A stretch of DNA of 64,000 nt from an uncultured bacterium (GCA_965541615.1 CBEUCJ010000001.1:3754-67753), one strand, 5' to 3'; numbered from the stretch's first letter, positions 22,189 through 32,294 are shown. A program made the numbers and translations. Notes: a model not told the origin generated them from the sequence alone.

Positions 22189-24215
22189 TTGAAGGCGTAT
22201 TTCTTTTCTTTTAAAAGACCATAAACTTCTTTTTTTATAGGAGGAGAAAATTTTAGGGGATTGAAATCTAACTGAGAAAATAGAAAATAACAGGTAGCAG
22301 AAACTGAACCTGTAGTTTTTCCACGAGGAGTCCTCCAACCATGACCTGTATCTACAAAGTCAGCTGAAGCATAAGGTAAACACCACTTCCCCTGACCTGT
22401 AGGTGAAGGTGAAATTATTATCATCTTTTGAAGTTCATTTAAAAAATAATTTGCTTTGTTTAAGAAATACAAAGCTTTTTCATAGTCTTTTTTTTCATAA
22501 TAATAATTACTCATGATTTTAAAAGCTAATACCATTTGAGCTGTCCATTCACAAGATATTACTCCTCCTCTTGGCAGATTCCGGTAAAGAGCAAAATCAA
22601 AACCTTCTACTTCTATATCTCTATCTTTTGTTTTGAACCTTACTTTTACTTTACAATTTTTTTCAGCAAAATCTATTATTTGAAAAGGGTCCATATTTAT
22701 TCTTTCTAATCTCTCAGGACCGATAGCAGCTATAGACCAAGCATAGGTATCAGTAGCTATAGTAGAATCTCCTTTCCCTCTATTTATAGGAATCTCAGAT
22801 TTGGTGTAAGAGTATTTCTTAAGCCACCTAAATACTTTATCTCTTATCCCTTTATAGAAATCATCTTGAGTTAATTCATAAAGCATATTAAAGAAAGCAT
22901 AACAGTCTAAGTTGTGTTCTGTACTATACCATCTGCATTTAGGACATCCTTTAAAACCTCCTTCTTCATCTTGCATTTTTAATAAGAACTCAGCTATTCT
23001 TTTGGCTAAATTTAGATAACTTCTATCTCCTGTAAATTTTATGTATTGCAAAACAGCTATTCCTATCCAGGCATTAGGTCCTGTATGAGTTATGTATTCA
23101 GCGACATTTCCTGTGTCTGAATAATAAGCATTAAAGAAAGCTCCTTCTTTTGAGGTCTTGGCTCTTTTATTATAAAAATCTAAAATCCGTTTTGCTCTAT
23201 CAAAGTCTTTAAATATTAAAAACTCACATACACACAGAGCTTGATCGTAAGTAAAAGCTATGTTTTTTAAGAAAGGGTCTCCTTCAAAACTGAATACCAA
23301 ACCTGTCCTTAAATTTTGGCGATTCTTTATCCAATTATAGAGGTAACTTATATTTATTTTCTTTAACTCAACTATCTTTTGCTTTAATCTAAAAAGATCT
23401 GCAGAGAACTTACTTTTTAAAAGAGCTATTTTACAAAGTTTATCTCTTAATTTTTCATTTTCTATTTTAAGAAGCAAAATTTTCTTTTGGAGATCTTTTA
23501 ACTTTGTTTCCTTTTCTTTTATCTTCTCTTTTATATCTTGATAACCTTTGGTATCTAATACACTGATTAACTTTTGTCTATAAAAATCGAGCTCAGATTC
23601 TAAAGCTTTGTATTTTAATTCTAATTCTTTTGCTTTCTTTATCTTTGCTTCATACATCTTTTTAAAATTCAAAAATTCATTATTTAATCTATAAAGAGAA
23701 TTTTTAAGTCTTTTTAAATTTTCAACTTTCTCTATATAGCTTTTAAGTAACTTTTTAGTCTGTAGATATGAAAGTCTAACTTTTACAAAAAGGTATCCTG
23801 AGATAAAGATTAAAAAACAGATAATAAGAACACTTAACTTAGGCAGGATTTTTTTAATTCTGGCATATCTTACTAATCTTTTCCTTTCTTTTTCAGAGAT
23901 TTCAGTAAATTCAACTCCCATTACATAAATATCTGAAGGTTTAGAAGGAATTTTCTTTGCCCATCTTACTGTGCCTCTTCCTACAATAGGAGGTCTGTTT
24001 AAAGGTATATTTATGAAAAATTTTATTTCTTTACCTAAAAGATTTCTTAAATCTTCTTTTATAAATCTGGCTTCTAAGGCTATGCCTCCAAAACTTATAT
24101 TTTTTGTAAAACCTTGTGACCAAGAAATTAAGACTTTTTCACCTTCTACAAACTCAAATTCAACAGGAAAAACACTATTTAATCTTATGTAATTTCTTTT
24201 TTCAGCTTTTTTCAT
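22185..24215 (-). CDS. PilZ domain-TM-coiled coil-(alpha/alpha)6 glycosidase-like fusion protein
   Basis: N-term RNYIRLNSVFPVEFEF...TKNISFGGIALE is a PilZ domain. It is followed by one TM helix, a ~150-aa K/E/L coiled coil, and a C-terminal domain with six-hairpin glycosidase-like features. Confidence 0.55.
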   Translation of the reverse strand: MKKAEKRNYIRLNSVFPVEFEFVEGEKVLISWSQGFTKNISFGGIALEARFIKEDLRNLLGKEIKFFINIPLNRPPIVGRGTVRWAKKIPSKPSDIYVMGVEFTEISEKERKRLVRYARIKKILPKLSVLIICFLIFISGYLFVKVRLSYLQTKKLLKSYIEKVENLKRLKNSLYRLNNEFLNFKKMYEAKIKKAKELELKYKALESELDFYRQKLISVLDTKGYQDIKEKIKEKETKLKDLQKKILLLKIENEKLRDKLCKIALLKSKFSADLFRLKQKIVELKKINISYLYNWIKNRQNLRTGLVFSFEGDPFLKNIAFTYDQALCVCEFLIFKDFDRAKRILDFYNKRAKTSKEGAFFNAYYSDTGNVAEYITHTGPNAWIGIAVLQYIKFTGDRSYLNLAKRIAEFLLKMQDEEGGFKGCPKCRWYSTEHNLDCYAFFNMLYELTQDDFYKGIRDKVFRWLKKYSYTKSEIPINRGKGDSTIATDTYAWSIAAIGPERLERINMDPFQIIDFAEKNCKVKVRFKTKDRDIEVEGFDFALYRNLPRGGVISCEWTAQMVLAFKIMSNYYYEKKDYEKALYFLNKANYFLNELQKMIIISPSPTGQGKWCLPYASADFVDTGHGWRTPRGKTTGSVSATCYFLFSQLDFNPLKFSPPIKKEVYGLLKEKKYAFK

Positions 24216-25303
24216 AATTTTATCTTCTGAGCTAATTCTATCCTTTTAGAGATTGGTGGGTGGTCAAAGAGTAAAATCTCTTTCCATAAAGGTGGGTTCT
24301 TTTCAGAAAGATTTTTTTCAGCTAATTTCTCCATTAAAGAAATAAAACTCTCTCTATCTTTTAAGGTTTTTAGAGTAAAGATATCTGCTTTTTTCTCCAA
24401 AAACCTTGAATAGGTGTTTTTTAAAGGAACAAAGATGAGATTAAAAATATAAAAAAACAATAAATATACAGGTAAAGTCTCAGGAGAATATAAAGAAGGG
24501 ATTTTAAAACCATCCAAAATAACATAAATTAAGTCTTTTAAAATAAAAAAACCTAAAAAAGATACGCATCCAGAAAAGATTATATTCTTTAAAACATCAT
24601 GGTTTTTTAAATGAGCTACTTCATGAGAGATTACTTGCAGAATTTCTTTAGGAGTGAAATCTTTTACTAAATTATCTGCTAAGATAACTTTTTGGGAGTC
24701 TCCCCATCCACATACAAAAGCATTAGACTTTGTAGTCTTTTTTGAAAAATCAGCTACGAATACTTTTTTTATATTTGTATTTAACTTTTCTAAAAGTTGT
24801 AAGATCTCTTTTTTTAACTCTGCTGATTCTAATTCTCTTACTTTATAAAATAAAGGCAATATTAAGTAAGGAAAAATTTTTGCAAAGATGATACAGAATA
24901 AAAAGAAAAATAACCAGCTGTATATCCACCAACTGTATCTGAAGTTTTTCAAGAAAAGATAAAATCCTATAACGAGTATAAGAAAAATAATGTAAGTAAC
25001 TAAATTTTGCTTTAAAAATTCTTTTGTCCAGCCTAAAAAATTGAGTTTCAAAAATTTAAATTTTTTTTCTACAAAAAAATCTATGAAAATATGTAAAGGT
25101 AAATTTATGATTAAAATAAAAAAGTAAAAAACAGAAAAGTAAAAAAATAAACTCAGCCAATAATTTTTAAAATAAATTATTCCTTTTAACTGTAAAAAAG
25201 CACCTGTCTTTAGAAAATAAATTAAGAAAAATAGGTTTAAAAAAATAGAAAAAAAGAAATTCAATGTTTTTAAAGTATGGTAAAGCTTTTCCTTATTTTG
25301 CAT
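24212..25303 (-). CDS. M48 family (Ste24/HtpX-like) zinc metallopeptidase
   Basis: Multi-TM N-term; HEVAHLKNHD HExxH motif. Confidence 0.75.
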   Translation of the reverse strand: MQNKEKLYHTLKTLNFFFSIFLNLFFLIYFLKTGAFLQLKGIIYFKNYWLSLFFYFSVFYFFILIINLPLHIFIDFFVEKKFKFLKLNFLGWTKEFLKQNLVTYIIFLILVIGFYLFLKNFRYSWWIYSWLFFFLFCIIFAKIFPYLILPLFYKVRELESAELKKEILQLLEKLNTNIKKVFVADFSKKTTKSNAFVCGWGDSQKVILADNLVKDFTPKEILQVISHEVAHLKNHDVLKNIIFSGCVSFLGFFILKDLIYVILDGFKIPSLYSPETLPVYLLFFYIFNLIFVPLKNTYSRFLEKKADIFTLKTLKDRESFISLMEKLAEKNLSEKNPPLWKEILLFDHPPISKRIELAQKIKL

Positions 25304-25310
25304 TTTGAAC

Positions 25311-25691
25311 CTATAGATTTTTTATCCTTTTTATTTTCTCTTTTAATTGAGAATAGTAAGGAGATTTCCTTAAATTTTCTAAATCTGGATCTTTTTCCAT
25401 ATAATCAAAGTCATCGTACCCTAAGATTATAGCTTTCTTCAAAGCTTTGAAAGCTTCTTTTATTTTTCCCACCAATGAATAACTACATGCTAAATTATAA
25501 AAGACTATGCTATTTTCAGGATTAATCTTAGATAGCTTTTCGTCTATCTTTAACCCTTCTTCATATAGACCTTTTTTGGTCAAAGCATCTCCTAATGCAG
25601 ATAGAGCCTGTAAAAATCTGGGTCTTTCAGAGACTATCTTTTTGTAAAATTCTATCTCAAAATCAAGTTGTGTTTTCTTTCTTTTCTTCAT
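25311..25691 (-). CDS. TPR repeat protein
   Basis: Tandem TPR-like helical repeats (ALGDALTKKGLYEEGLKIDEKLSKINPEN...). Confidence 0.55.
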   Translation of the reverse strand: MKKRKKTQLDFEIEFYKKIVSERPRFLQALSALGDALTKKGLYEEGLKIDEKLSKINPENSIVFYNLACSYSLVGKIKEAFKALKKAIILGYDDFDYMEKDPDLENLRKSPYYSQLKEKIKRIKNL

Positions 25692-27912
25692 ATTTGAATA
25701 TTACAGGTATATCTTTTAAGAACAAAAGTTCTTCAAATTTTTTCTTAAAATCTTCATATTCAGATAAAGTAACTTTCTCTTTTTTAATCTCATATAACTC
25801 TTCATAATATAATTTTCCCTCTTGAATATAGTACTTATTATAATAACTAAACCATCTAGAATTTATCTTTACTTGAGGAGGCAGAAAGTATATTTTAAAA
25901 GACTCTTTCAAAGGAATAGAAATTTTTATCCTCTTTTTTCTCAAAAATCCTAAAAACACAGGATACCTTCTTTGCTGAGCAGAAATTATTCTACCTGAAA
26001 TCTCAACCTCTGAAAGAGGAGGTAAAATCTTATATTTTCCTAAATCTTTAAAAAACATACTCCCTGAAAACTCATAATAAAGAATTAAAGGTTTATAAAA
26101 AAATTCTAAATTTTTTATCTCTACTCTCTTTAACTGGGCATCTTTGAGGATATCTTTTGCTTTCTCTAACAATTTTTCTTTAAAAATTTTAGGATGAGTG
26201 TATTTTAAAAAGTATCTTTGAGCTAAAGTAAATTCTCCTTTGGTAGTAATTTTTCTTTTAAAATTTAATTTATCCTTCTCAAAAGATACATCCATTTTTA
26301 CAAAGACCTCATTATCTTTCTTTAAAGGTGTCTTCATTATTTTGTAATTATTATCAAAAAATACCAACACAGTTCTAGCCTGATCAGAAAAAGGCAGATT
26401 ATAAATATCTGAAGTTTCTGCAGTAGGATCTAAAAAATAAAATTTATCTTTAATCTTAGCTAAAACTATACAGTGATTGAAATTTAAAGAAGGTTCTGAT
26501 TCTTTTATCTCAAAATTACCTCTTGTAGAGATTAAGACTGGCCAGGCTTTAATCTTTGCTGTTCTTAACATGGAAACTAAAAGTATACTTTGATCTTTAC
26601 AGTCACCATATTTATTTAAAAAGATATCTTTTGCATAATGAGGTGTAAAACCTGCTCTTCCGTATTCCACAGCTACATATCTTATATTCTCACAGCAAAA
26701 TTTGAATATTTCTTTTAAAGCTGAAAGCTTATCTTTTTTTGTCAATTCTCTTACCTTTTCTTTTATCTCTTGAGAAGGGGTTATTTTATCTTTGTAGAGT
26801 CTTATCCACCAATTATAAATTTCTTTCCAGTCAGAAAAACTTGTAATTAAAATATAAGGATTTATCTCTGAAATTGGAGGCATATTTGGCTCTCTTATGA
26901 TAGGAGGGATGTTTTTAAATTCCCATTTATAAATCTTTACATTTTCATCTTCCTGTACAACAGGAGCTAAATTAAAATTCTCAAAATTAAATTCTAGATT
27001 TCTTTTATAAATGTTAACTTTTCTATTTTTAGGAACAATTAACTTGAACTTTGCTATTTTTATAGGATACTTTTCTTTAAGAACATAAATTATTGAAAAA
27101 TCCTTTTTGTTTATTAATCTGGTTCTAACTATCTTTACTTTATATTCTATAACAGAACCTGGAACACATTCAGGCATAGATATTATTCTTACTCTCAAAT
27201 TACTGTACAAAGGAAATTCTAAATATTTAGATACATCTCTTATATTTTCTCTACCTACTTTTATTACTCTTTTATCTTTAGTAATAGTTTGAGCAGTCAA
27301 TTCAGCTATATACTCATAAGTAGAATCATATTCTATTTTTACTTCTCCTAACTCTTTTCCTCTTTCATTTAAGATCCTGGCTATAAAATGGACTAAACTC
27401 ACTTCTTTGTTATCAGGTGTGATTTGAACTACTTCATCTACTAACAGAATTTGAGCTCCACATTCAATATCCTGTTGAGTGACAGGTTTTGATAGTAACT
27501 CTTCTAAATATGAAGGTAACTTCTCAGAGATTTTCTTTTCAATCTTTTTTAGTAAGAGCTGAGCTTCTTTTTTATAATCAGAATTCTTTATGCTTTTTAA
27601 TATTTTTTTTGCTTCTTCAAATAAATTCTTTTTTATGAGTATTTTAGAGAATATTATCTTTGAATCTGGATCTAAATAGTCTTTTAAATCTTCATAAATT
27701 TCAAAGGCTTTCTGAAATTCAGACTTTTGATAATAGAGTCTAGCTAATAAAAGTTTTGCTCTCTTATCTTGAGGATGTTTTTTAAGATGTGCTTCTAATA
27801 AACTTTGTGCCTTTTTAAGATTTAAAATAGAATTTTCTAAAAGAAAGTGTGCTTTTTTTAAAGGAGAGCAACCTACAAAAAATAAAATCCATAATATATA
27901 GATTATCCTCAT
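25663..27912 (-). CDS. Transglutaminase-like/DUF3857-type large secreted protein with N-terminal TPRs
   Basis: Lipoprotein-like N-term (FFVGCSP). Transglutaminase core with YGDCKDQSILLVSMLR (Cys) and ...FNHCIVLA... (His). Confidence 0.6.
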   Translation of the reverse strand: MRIIYILWILFFVGCSPLKKAHFLLENSILNLKKAQSLLEAHLKKHPQDKRAKLLLARLYYQKSEFQKAFEIYEDLKDYLDPDSKIIFSKILIKKNLFEEAKKILKSIKNSDYKKEAQLLLKKIEKKISEKLPSYLEELLSKPVTQQDIECGAQILLVDEVVQITPDNKEVSLVHFIARILNERGKELGEVKIEYDSTYEYIAELTAQTITKDKRVIKVGRENIRDVSKYLEFPLYSNLRVRIISMPECVPGSVIEYKVKIVRTRLINKKDFSIIYVLKEKYPIKIAKFKLIVPKNRKVNIYKRNLEFNFENFNLAPVVQEDENVKIYKWEFKNIPPIIREPNMPPISEINPYILITSFSDWKEIYNWWIRLYKDKITPSQEIKEKVRELTKKDKLSALKEIFKFCCENIRYVAVEYGRAGFTPHYAKDIFLNKYGDCKDQSILLVSMLRTAKIKAWPVLISTRGNFEIKESEPSLNFNHCIVLAKIKDKFYFLDPTAETSDIYNLPFSDQARTVLVFFDNNYKIMKTPLKKDNEVFVKMDVSFEKDKLNFKRKITTKGEFTLAQRYFLKYTHPKIFKEKLLEKAKDILKDAQLKRVEIKNLEFFYKPLILYYEFSGSMFFKDLGKYKILPPLSEVEISGRIISAQQRRYPVFLGFLRKKRIKISIPLKESFKIYFLPPQVKINSRWFSYYNKYYIQEGKLYYEELYEIKKEKVTLSEYEDFKKKFEELLFLKDIPVIFKYEEKKENTT

Positions 27913-27929
27913 AGTTTTATTAAAAAACT

Positions 27930-29081
27930 TTAAAGAGAAGATAAAAATTCCTTAATTCTATTTAAAGCTTCTTTTAAAGTATCTATCTTTTGAGCATAAG
28001 TTATTCTTATAAAATTATCAAAATCTCCAAAAGCTATTCCTGGAACTACAGCTACTTTTTTTTCTAACAATAACCTCTTAGCAAACTCAACACTCTTTAA
28101 TCTAGATACCTCTATATTAGAAAAACAATAAAAAGCTCCGTTAGGCTTTGTTGTCTTCAAACCAATCTCATTCAAAAACTCTACTACCAGTTCTCTCCTT
28201 CTTTTATACTCTTTCTTCATAAGCTCTAATTCTTTTTCTCCTTTTTCTAAAGCTTCTAAAGCTGCCATCTGAGAAGTAATAGGTGCACATAACATTGAAT
28301 ACTGATGGATCTTGGTCATAGCTCCTATAATTTTTGAAGGAGCTGCTACAAAACCAATTCTAAAACCTGTCATTGCAAAATTCTTAGAAAACCCACTCAT
28401 ATATACAGTGCGCTTTTTTGCACTTCCAACTTTAGGAAAAGGAGTATGAATAAAATCATAAGATAACCTATCATAAATCTCATCACTGATTACCACACAA
28501 TCAAATTTTCTGATAACTCTCCATAGTTCTTTTAACTCTTCTTTGGTGTAAGATACTCCTGTAGGATTTGAAGGATAATTAAGAATTATGATTTTGGGTT
28601 TATTTTTTTTTAAAACTTCATAGAGTTTTTTAGGATTAATTTTAAAATCTGGTTCTTCTAATTTTAAGAATAAGTTTTGAGCTCCTTGCAAAAAAGATAT
28701 GGCTGGATAAGCTACATAAAAAGGTTCAAAGATTAAAACTTTATCTCTTTCATTTACAAGAGCTCTTATAGCTAAATCAAAAGCTTGACTTACTCCTACC
28801 GTGACCAAAATCTCAGTCTCAGGATCATAGCTTAAATCATAATATTTTTCAAGATATGAAGATATAGCTTTTCTTAAAGAAAATAAACCTTTGTTGGAAG
28901 TGTAAGAAGTGTAACCTTCTTCTAAAGAAAAAATAGCTCTTTCTCTTATATTCCAAGGGGTAGTAAAATCTGGTTCTCCTACTCCTAAAGAAATGACTTC
29001 TTTCATTCCTAAAACTAACTCAAAAAATTCTCTAATACCTGAAGGTTTTAATTCTTCCACTCTCTTATTAAGCACTATCAT
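27930..29081 (-). CDS. Class I/II pyridoxal-phosphate aminotransferase (aspartate/aromatic family)
   Basis: LGVGEPDFTTP, NPTGV, SGFSKNFAMTGFRIG PLP-lysine region. Confidence 0.8.
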   Translation of the reverse strand: MIVLNKRVEELKPSGIREFFELVLGMKEVISLGVGEPDFTTPWNIRERAIFSLEEGYTSYTSNKGLFSLRKAISSYLEKYYDLSYDPETEILVTVGVSQAFDLAIRALVNERDKVLIFEPFYVAYPAISFLQGAQNLFLKLEEPDFKINPKKLYEVLKKNKPKIIILNYPSNPTGVSYTKEELKELWRVIRKFDCVVISDEIYDRLSYDFIHTPFPKVGSAKKRTVYMSGFSKNFAMTGFRIGFVAAPSKIIGAMTKIHQYSMLCAPITSQMAALEALEKGEKELELMKKEYKRRRELVVEFLNEIGLKTTKPNGAFYCFSNIEVSRLKSVEFAKRLLLEKKVAVVPGIAFGDFDNFIRITYAQKIDTLKEALNRIKEFLSSL

Positions 29082-29082
29082 T

Positions 29083-29565
29083 TTAATAAGTAATAGCTAA
29101 CCTTTTATCTTCTTCTTTTTTTGTCAAAACTATGCCATCTTCTTTATATCTCTTTAACAAGAAATGGGTAACAGTGCCTTTTACTTCTTTTAAAGGAGCT
29201 AATTTCTCAGCTACAAAATCTGCAATGGTATGGAGATCTTTGCCCTCTACAATTAACAAAAGATCATATGTACCTGAGACTAAATAACAAGCTTTTACTT
29301 CTTTAAACTTATAGATTCTTTCTGCTATATGATCAAAACCCAGATTTTTTTCAGGAGTTACTTTTACTTCTATTAATGCCTCTACGATTTTATCTTCTTT
29401 TATAAGCTCTTTATTTATTACAGTTTTATATTTAAGAATTATACCTTCTTTTTCGTATTCTTTTATCTTTTTTTTAACATATTTAAGAGGTTTTTTTATT
29501 ATCTTTGAGATATCTTCTGCAGATAATTTAGAATTGTTCTCTAATAATTCTAAAATCTCATCCAT
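29083..29565 (-). CDS. Lrp/AsnC family transcriptional regulator
   Basis: N-terminal HTH plus C-terminal RAM domain layout; 160 aa. Confidence 0.75.
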   Translation of the reverse strand: MDEILELLENNSKLSAEDISKIIKKPLKYVKKKIKEYEKEGIILKYKTVINKELIKEDKIVEALIEVKVTPEKNLGFDHIAERIYKFKEVKACYLVSGTYDLLLIVEGKDLHTIADFVAEKLAPLKEVKGTVTHFLLKRYKEDGIVLTKKEEDKRLAITY

Positions 29566-29609
29566 AAAATATCCACCTCCCTTTAAGCTTTAAAAAATTA
29601 TATCATACT

Positions 29610-30161
29610 TTAAATCCTTATCCCAAAATCTTTGTAGAGAGCTTCAAAATCTCTATACCCTTTTCTCAAAAGATGTTCTATACACATAAAAAACACTCTA
29701 ACTGTAGCCCAACAGTCTTGTAAAGCCCTGTGGGAAGGCAAAGGTAAATTCAACTCTTTACACACATTTTCTAAAGAGTATTTTTTAAAATTAGGAAAAC
29801 AGAATTTAGTTATCTTTAATACATCTATTAATATCCTTTCTTTTAAAAAATGGGGAGAAAAATAGTTTTTTAAAAAAGACAGATCGAATTCTAAATTGTA
29901 ACCTAAAAGGAAACTATCTTTTATAAAATCCTCAAACTTTTTTATAACCTCTTCTATTTTTAAAGCAGATTTTACCATTTCATCTGTTATATGATGAATA
30001 AGTTTTGCTGAATCTGGAATAGAACGTTGAGGATTTACTAATTCCTGAAAAGTAAGGATTTTACCTGAACAAGTTAATTTTAAACCTGCTATCTCGATGA
30101 TTCTGTCACCTTTTTCAAAATCTAAACCTGTAGTCTCAATATCTAAAAAAACTAAATCCAT
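29610..30161 (-). CDS. DEDDh 3'-5' exonuclease (DNA Pol III epsilon-like)
   Basis: VFLDIETTGLD Exo I motif; H-x4-D near the C-terminus. Confidence 0.75.
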   Translation of the reverse strand: MDLVFLDIETTGLDFEKGDRIIEIAGLKLTCSGKILTFQELVNPQRSIPDSAKLIHHITDEMVKSALKIEEVIKKFEDFIKDSFLLGYNLEFDLSFLKNYFSPHFLKERILIDVLKITKFCFPNFKKYSLENVCKELNLPLPSHRALQDCWATVRVFFMCIEHLLRKGYRDFEALYKDFGIRI

Positions 30162-31486
30162 TTAAGTGTGTATTTTTTTATTAATTTTGGTAAAAATCTT
30201 AATTTTCTCTTTTTTAAATTCTCTATTCCTGAATCATCTCCACAGTTTAAGAATTTTTTATTTATCCTTTTTGCAAATTCTGTAAATAAGAAACTCGGTG
30301 CTCCTTTAAATTCTTTCAAAACTATTTCATATAAAATTAAAAAAGTATCTTTGTCTAAATCTTTCCCGATTGTAAAACCAACTAAATCTTTATTTACTCT
30401 TAAAACTAAGCCCTTTAAATCTAACTCTTGATAGTTATCTAAAATTTTTTCTAACATAAAAAAACTATCTAAAGCTAACTTCTTTTCATATTCATCTAAT
30501 TTTGTTTGCATCCACTTTTTGTAAACTTCTTTTATTTGTGTAAAGTCTTTCTCATTCAATTCTGAAAGCTGAAATTTATAATTTTTCTTAAAATAATTTT
30601 TTTCCCACCTTATAGTCTTAAATCTATCTCCTCTTAAAGTAGCTATATCAGAAGTCAAATACACGTATTCAGGAAAACTCTCTTTTAAAAAGAAATCTTT
30701 TTTAAATGAATTTACGTATTTAGGAGGAATATTCTCAATGGTAGCTAAGGTCTTATTCTCATTTAATTTATGCAAAAGCAAAAAAATACTTTTAATCTTA
30801 TCTAAACTGTAATCTGAACTCAGAAAAACATTGCAAAAACAATGGTCTTCAAAGAAAAAGATAACAAAATACTCACCATCTATCTTATTTTTCAAAACAT
30901 CTGATATTCCCTTATGCATAAAGTTAGGCACAAAATCAAAATAAGAATTCTCTTTAGGAGAGAAATCTTCAAAAATCTTTTTATCTTTGATCTCTAAATC
31001 TGTAAAATCTAAAGCAAAATCTAATTCTTCTATTCTCGTTAAAATTTTAATATCATCTAAAGGGTATCTATTTATAACAGAAGATTGTATTATTTCTCTT
31101 AAAACTCCAGGAGTTTTTAAAAAATCTCTAAGCTCTTTTACCTTTGATTCCAAAAAATCTTTATTTTCTTTATAAAAAGAGCAATTTTTATCTAAGCCTA
31201 AATAAACTTTATTTTCTATATTTAAAAGCAAAAAGGGGTAAAGCTTACAATCTAAAGGTCTTTGGGTATAAACTTTACATTTGTTGGTATCAATATCTAA
31301 AAGAGGACAATAAAATAAGTCTCCTTTTTTAGTTAACTTTATTTTTTTCAAATCATCTCTTTGAATATTGTGTCTTATCTCAAAACTCCTACTTACAGAG
31401 GGTCTAAAGATCGAATCTTTTGTAATAAATCTGCAACAGCCTTTACACTTTAAGCAGAAATTACTATCTATAAGCTCAAGTTGCAT
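30152..31486 (-). CDS. Hypothetical protein with YkgJ-type CxxCxxCC metal-binding N-terminus and an uncharacterized C-terminal domain
   Basis: CLKCKGCCRF near the N-term. The C-terminal half has no motif I can assign. Confidence 0.4.
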   Translation of the reverse strand: MQLELIDSNFCLKCKGCCRFITKDSIFRPSVSRSFEIRHNIQRDDLKKIKLTKKGDLFYCPLLDIDTNKCKVYTQRPLDCKLYPFLLLNIENKVYLGLDKNCSFYKENKDFLESKVKELRDFLKTPGVLREIIQSSVINRYPLDDIKILTRIEELDFALDFTDLEIKDKKIFEDFSPKENSYFDFVPNFMHKGISDVLKNKIDGEYFVIFFFEDHCFCNVFLSSDYSLDKIKSIFLLLHKLNENKTLATIENIPPKYVNSFKKDFFLKESFPEYVYLTSDIATLRGDRFKTIRWEKNYFKKNYKFQLSELNEKDFTQIKEVYKKWMQTKLDEYEKKLALDSFFMLEKILDNYQELDLKGLVLRVNKDLVGFTIGKDLDKDTFLILYEIVLKEFKGAPSFLFTEFAKRINKKFLNCGDDSGIENLKKRKLRFLPKLIKKYTLKWI

Positions 31487-31906
31487 TCAGAGACCTATGA
31501 ATTGAAGTATAAAATTTCTGATGCGAGCTCTATTATCGAAATCTATGAGGACTATCTGTTGCCAAGTACCTAGTAAAAGTTTTTTGTCTTTAAAAGGGAC
31601 CTGTAAAGAAGTCTTTAAAAATGTAGACCTTATATGAGAAAATCCATTGTCATCTCCCCAAGTAAGAGAATGATGGTATTTTTTATTTTGAGGAATAAGT
31701 CTTTCAAAAGCTTCCTTTAAATCTTTTATTAAATTGGGTTCATATTCAATAGTAGATACACCTGCTGTTGAACCTGGAATAAATATCAAAACATTTCCTT
31801 CTGAGATATCTAATTTTTTTAATTCAGCTTCTATTAAAGGAGTAATGTCTATTACATCACACACTCCTTTTGTAGAGATCTGTTTTTTTATAGTGTAAAT
31901 CTTCAT
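31487..31906 (-). CDS. yjbQ: YjbQ/UPF0047 secondary thiamine-phosphate synthase family protein
   Basis: GVCDVIDITP..., LIFIPGSTAGVSTIEYEP, HHSLTWGDDNGFSHIRS conserved blocks. Confidence 0.8.
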   Translation of the reverse strand: MKIYTIKKQISTKGVCDVIDITPLIEAELKKLDISEGNVLIFIPGSTAGVSTIEYEPNLIKDLKEAFERLIPQNKKYHHSLTWGDDNGFSHIRSTFLKTSLQVPFKDKKLLLGTWQQIVLIDFDNRARIRNFILQFIGL

Positions 31907-32229
31907 AAGACTTCAGAACCAGGAGCTACTTCTTTATCAGGTGAAATTATACTTACTATATCTTTGTTCTTATCCTGAGAAGCTAACAACATCCCTTCTG
32001 AAATTACGCCTCTCAAGTTAGCAGGAGCAAGATTTGTAACTACTACTACCTGTCTATTCATTAACTCTTTTTTAGAATAATATTTTTTTAAACCTGCTAC
32101 AAGTGTTCTTTTTTCTGTACCTAAATCTACTTTTAATACGTATAACTTTTCAGCATTTGGATGATCACTTACCTCAATGATTTTACCTACTTTTAAACCC
32201 ATATTTTTAAAATCTGAAATAGTAATCAT
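31903..32229 (-). CDS. tRNA-binding protein (CsaA/Trbp111-like OB fold)
   Basis: DFKNMGLKVGKIIEVSDHPNAEKLYVLKVDLG...RTLVAG...NLAPANLRGVISEGMLL matches the MetRS C-terminal/Trbp111 fold. Confidence 0.8.
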   Translation of the reverse strand: MITISDFKNMGLKVGKIIEVSDHPNAEKLYVLKVDLGTEKRTLVAGLKKYYSKKELMNRQVVVVTNLAPANLRGVISEGMLLASQDKNKDIVSIISPDKEVAPGSEVL

Positions 32230-32270
32230 TTTTTACCTCCTTATTATTTACTTTCCTTAAATCAATAATA

Positions 32271-32294
32271 TAATATAACTCATAATATAACTCA
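32271..32294 (+). repeat. Perfect 12-bp tandem direct repeat (TAATATAACTCA x2) abutting the nfeD start
   Basis: Copies at 32271..32282 and 32283..32294, ending 2 nt before the ATG at 32297. Overlaps the likely -10 region. Confidence 0.5.

Noticed and set aside
21085-22338. Long form (417 aa) of the THUMP methyltransferase
   Set aside because: The first 50 codons lie inside the upstream PilZ gene and look non-protein-like (MEDSSWKNYRFSFCYLLF). The internal start at 22188 gives a canonical ATGA overlap.
23971-25807. Short + strand ORFs (23971..24192, 24654..24848, 25595..25807)
   Set aside because: All antisense to well-supported minus-strand genes.
30168-31332. + strand ORFs 30168..30431, 30987..31175, 31144..31332
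   Set aside because: Antisense inside the 444-aa YkgJ-like gene. K/F/L low-complexity.
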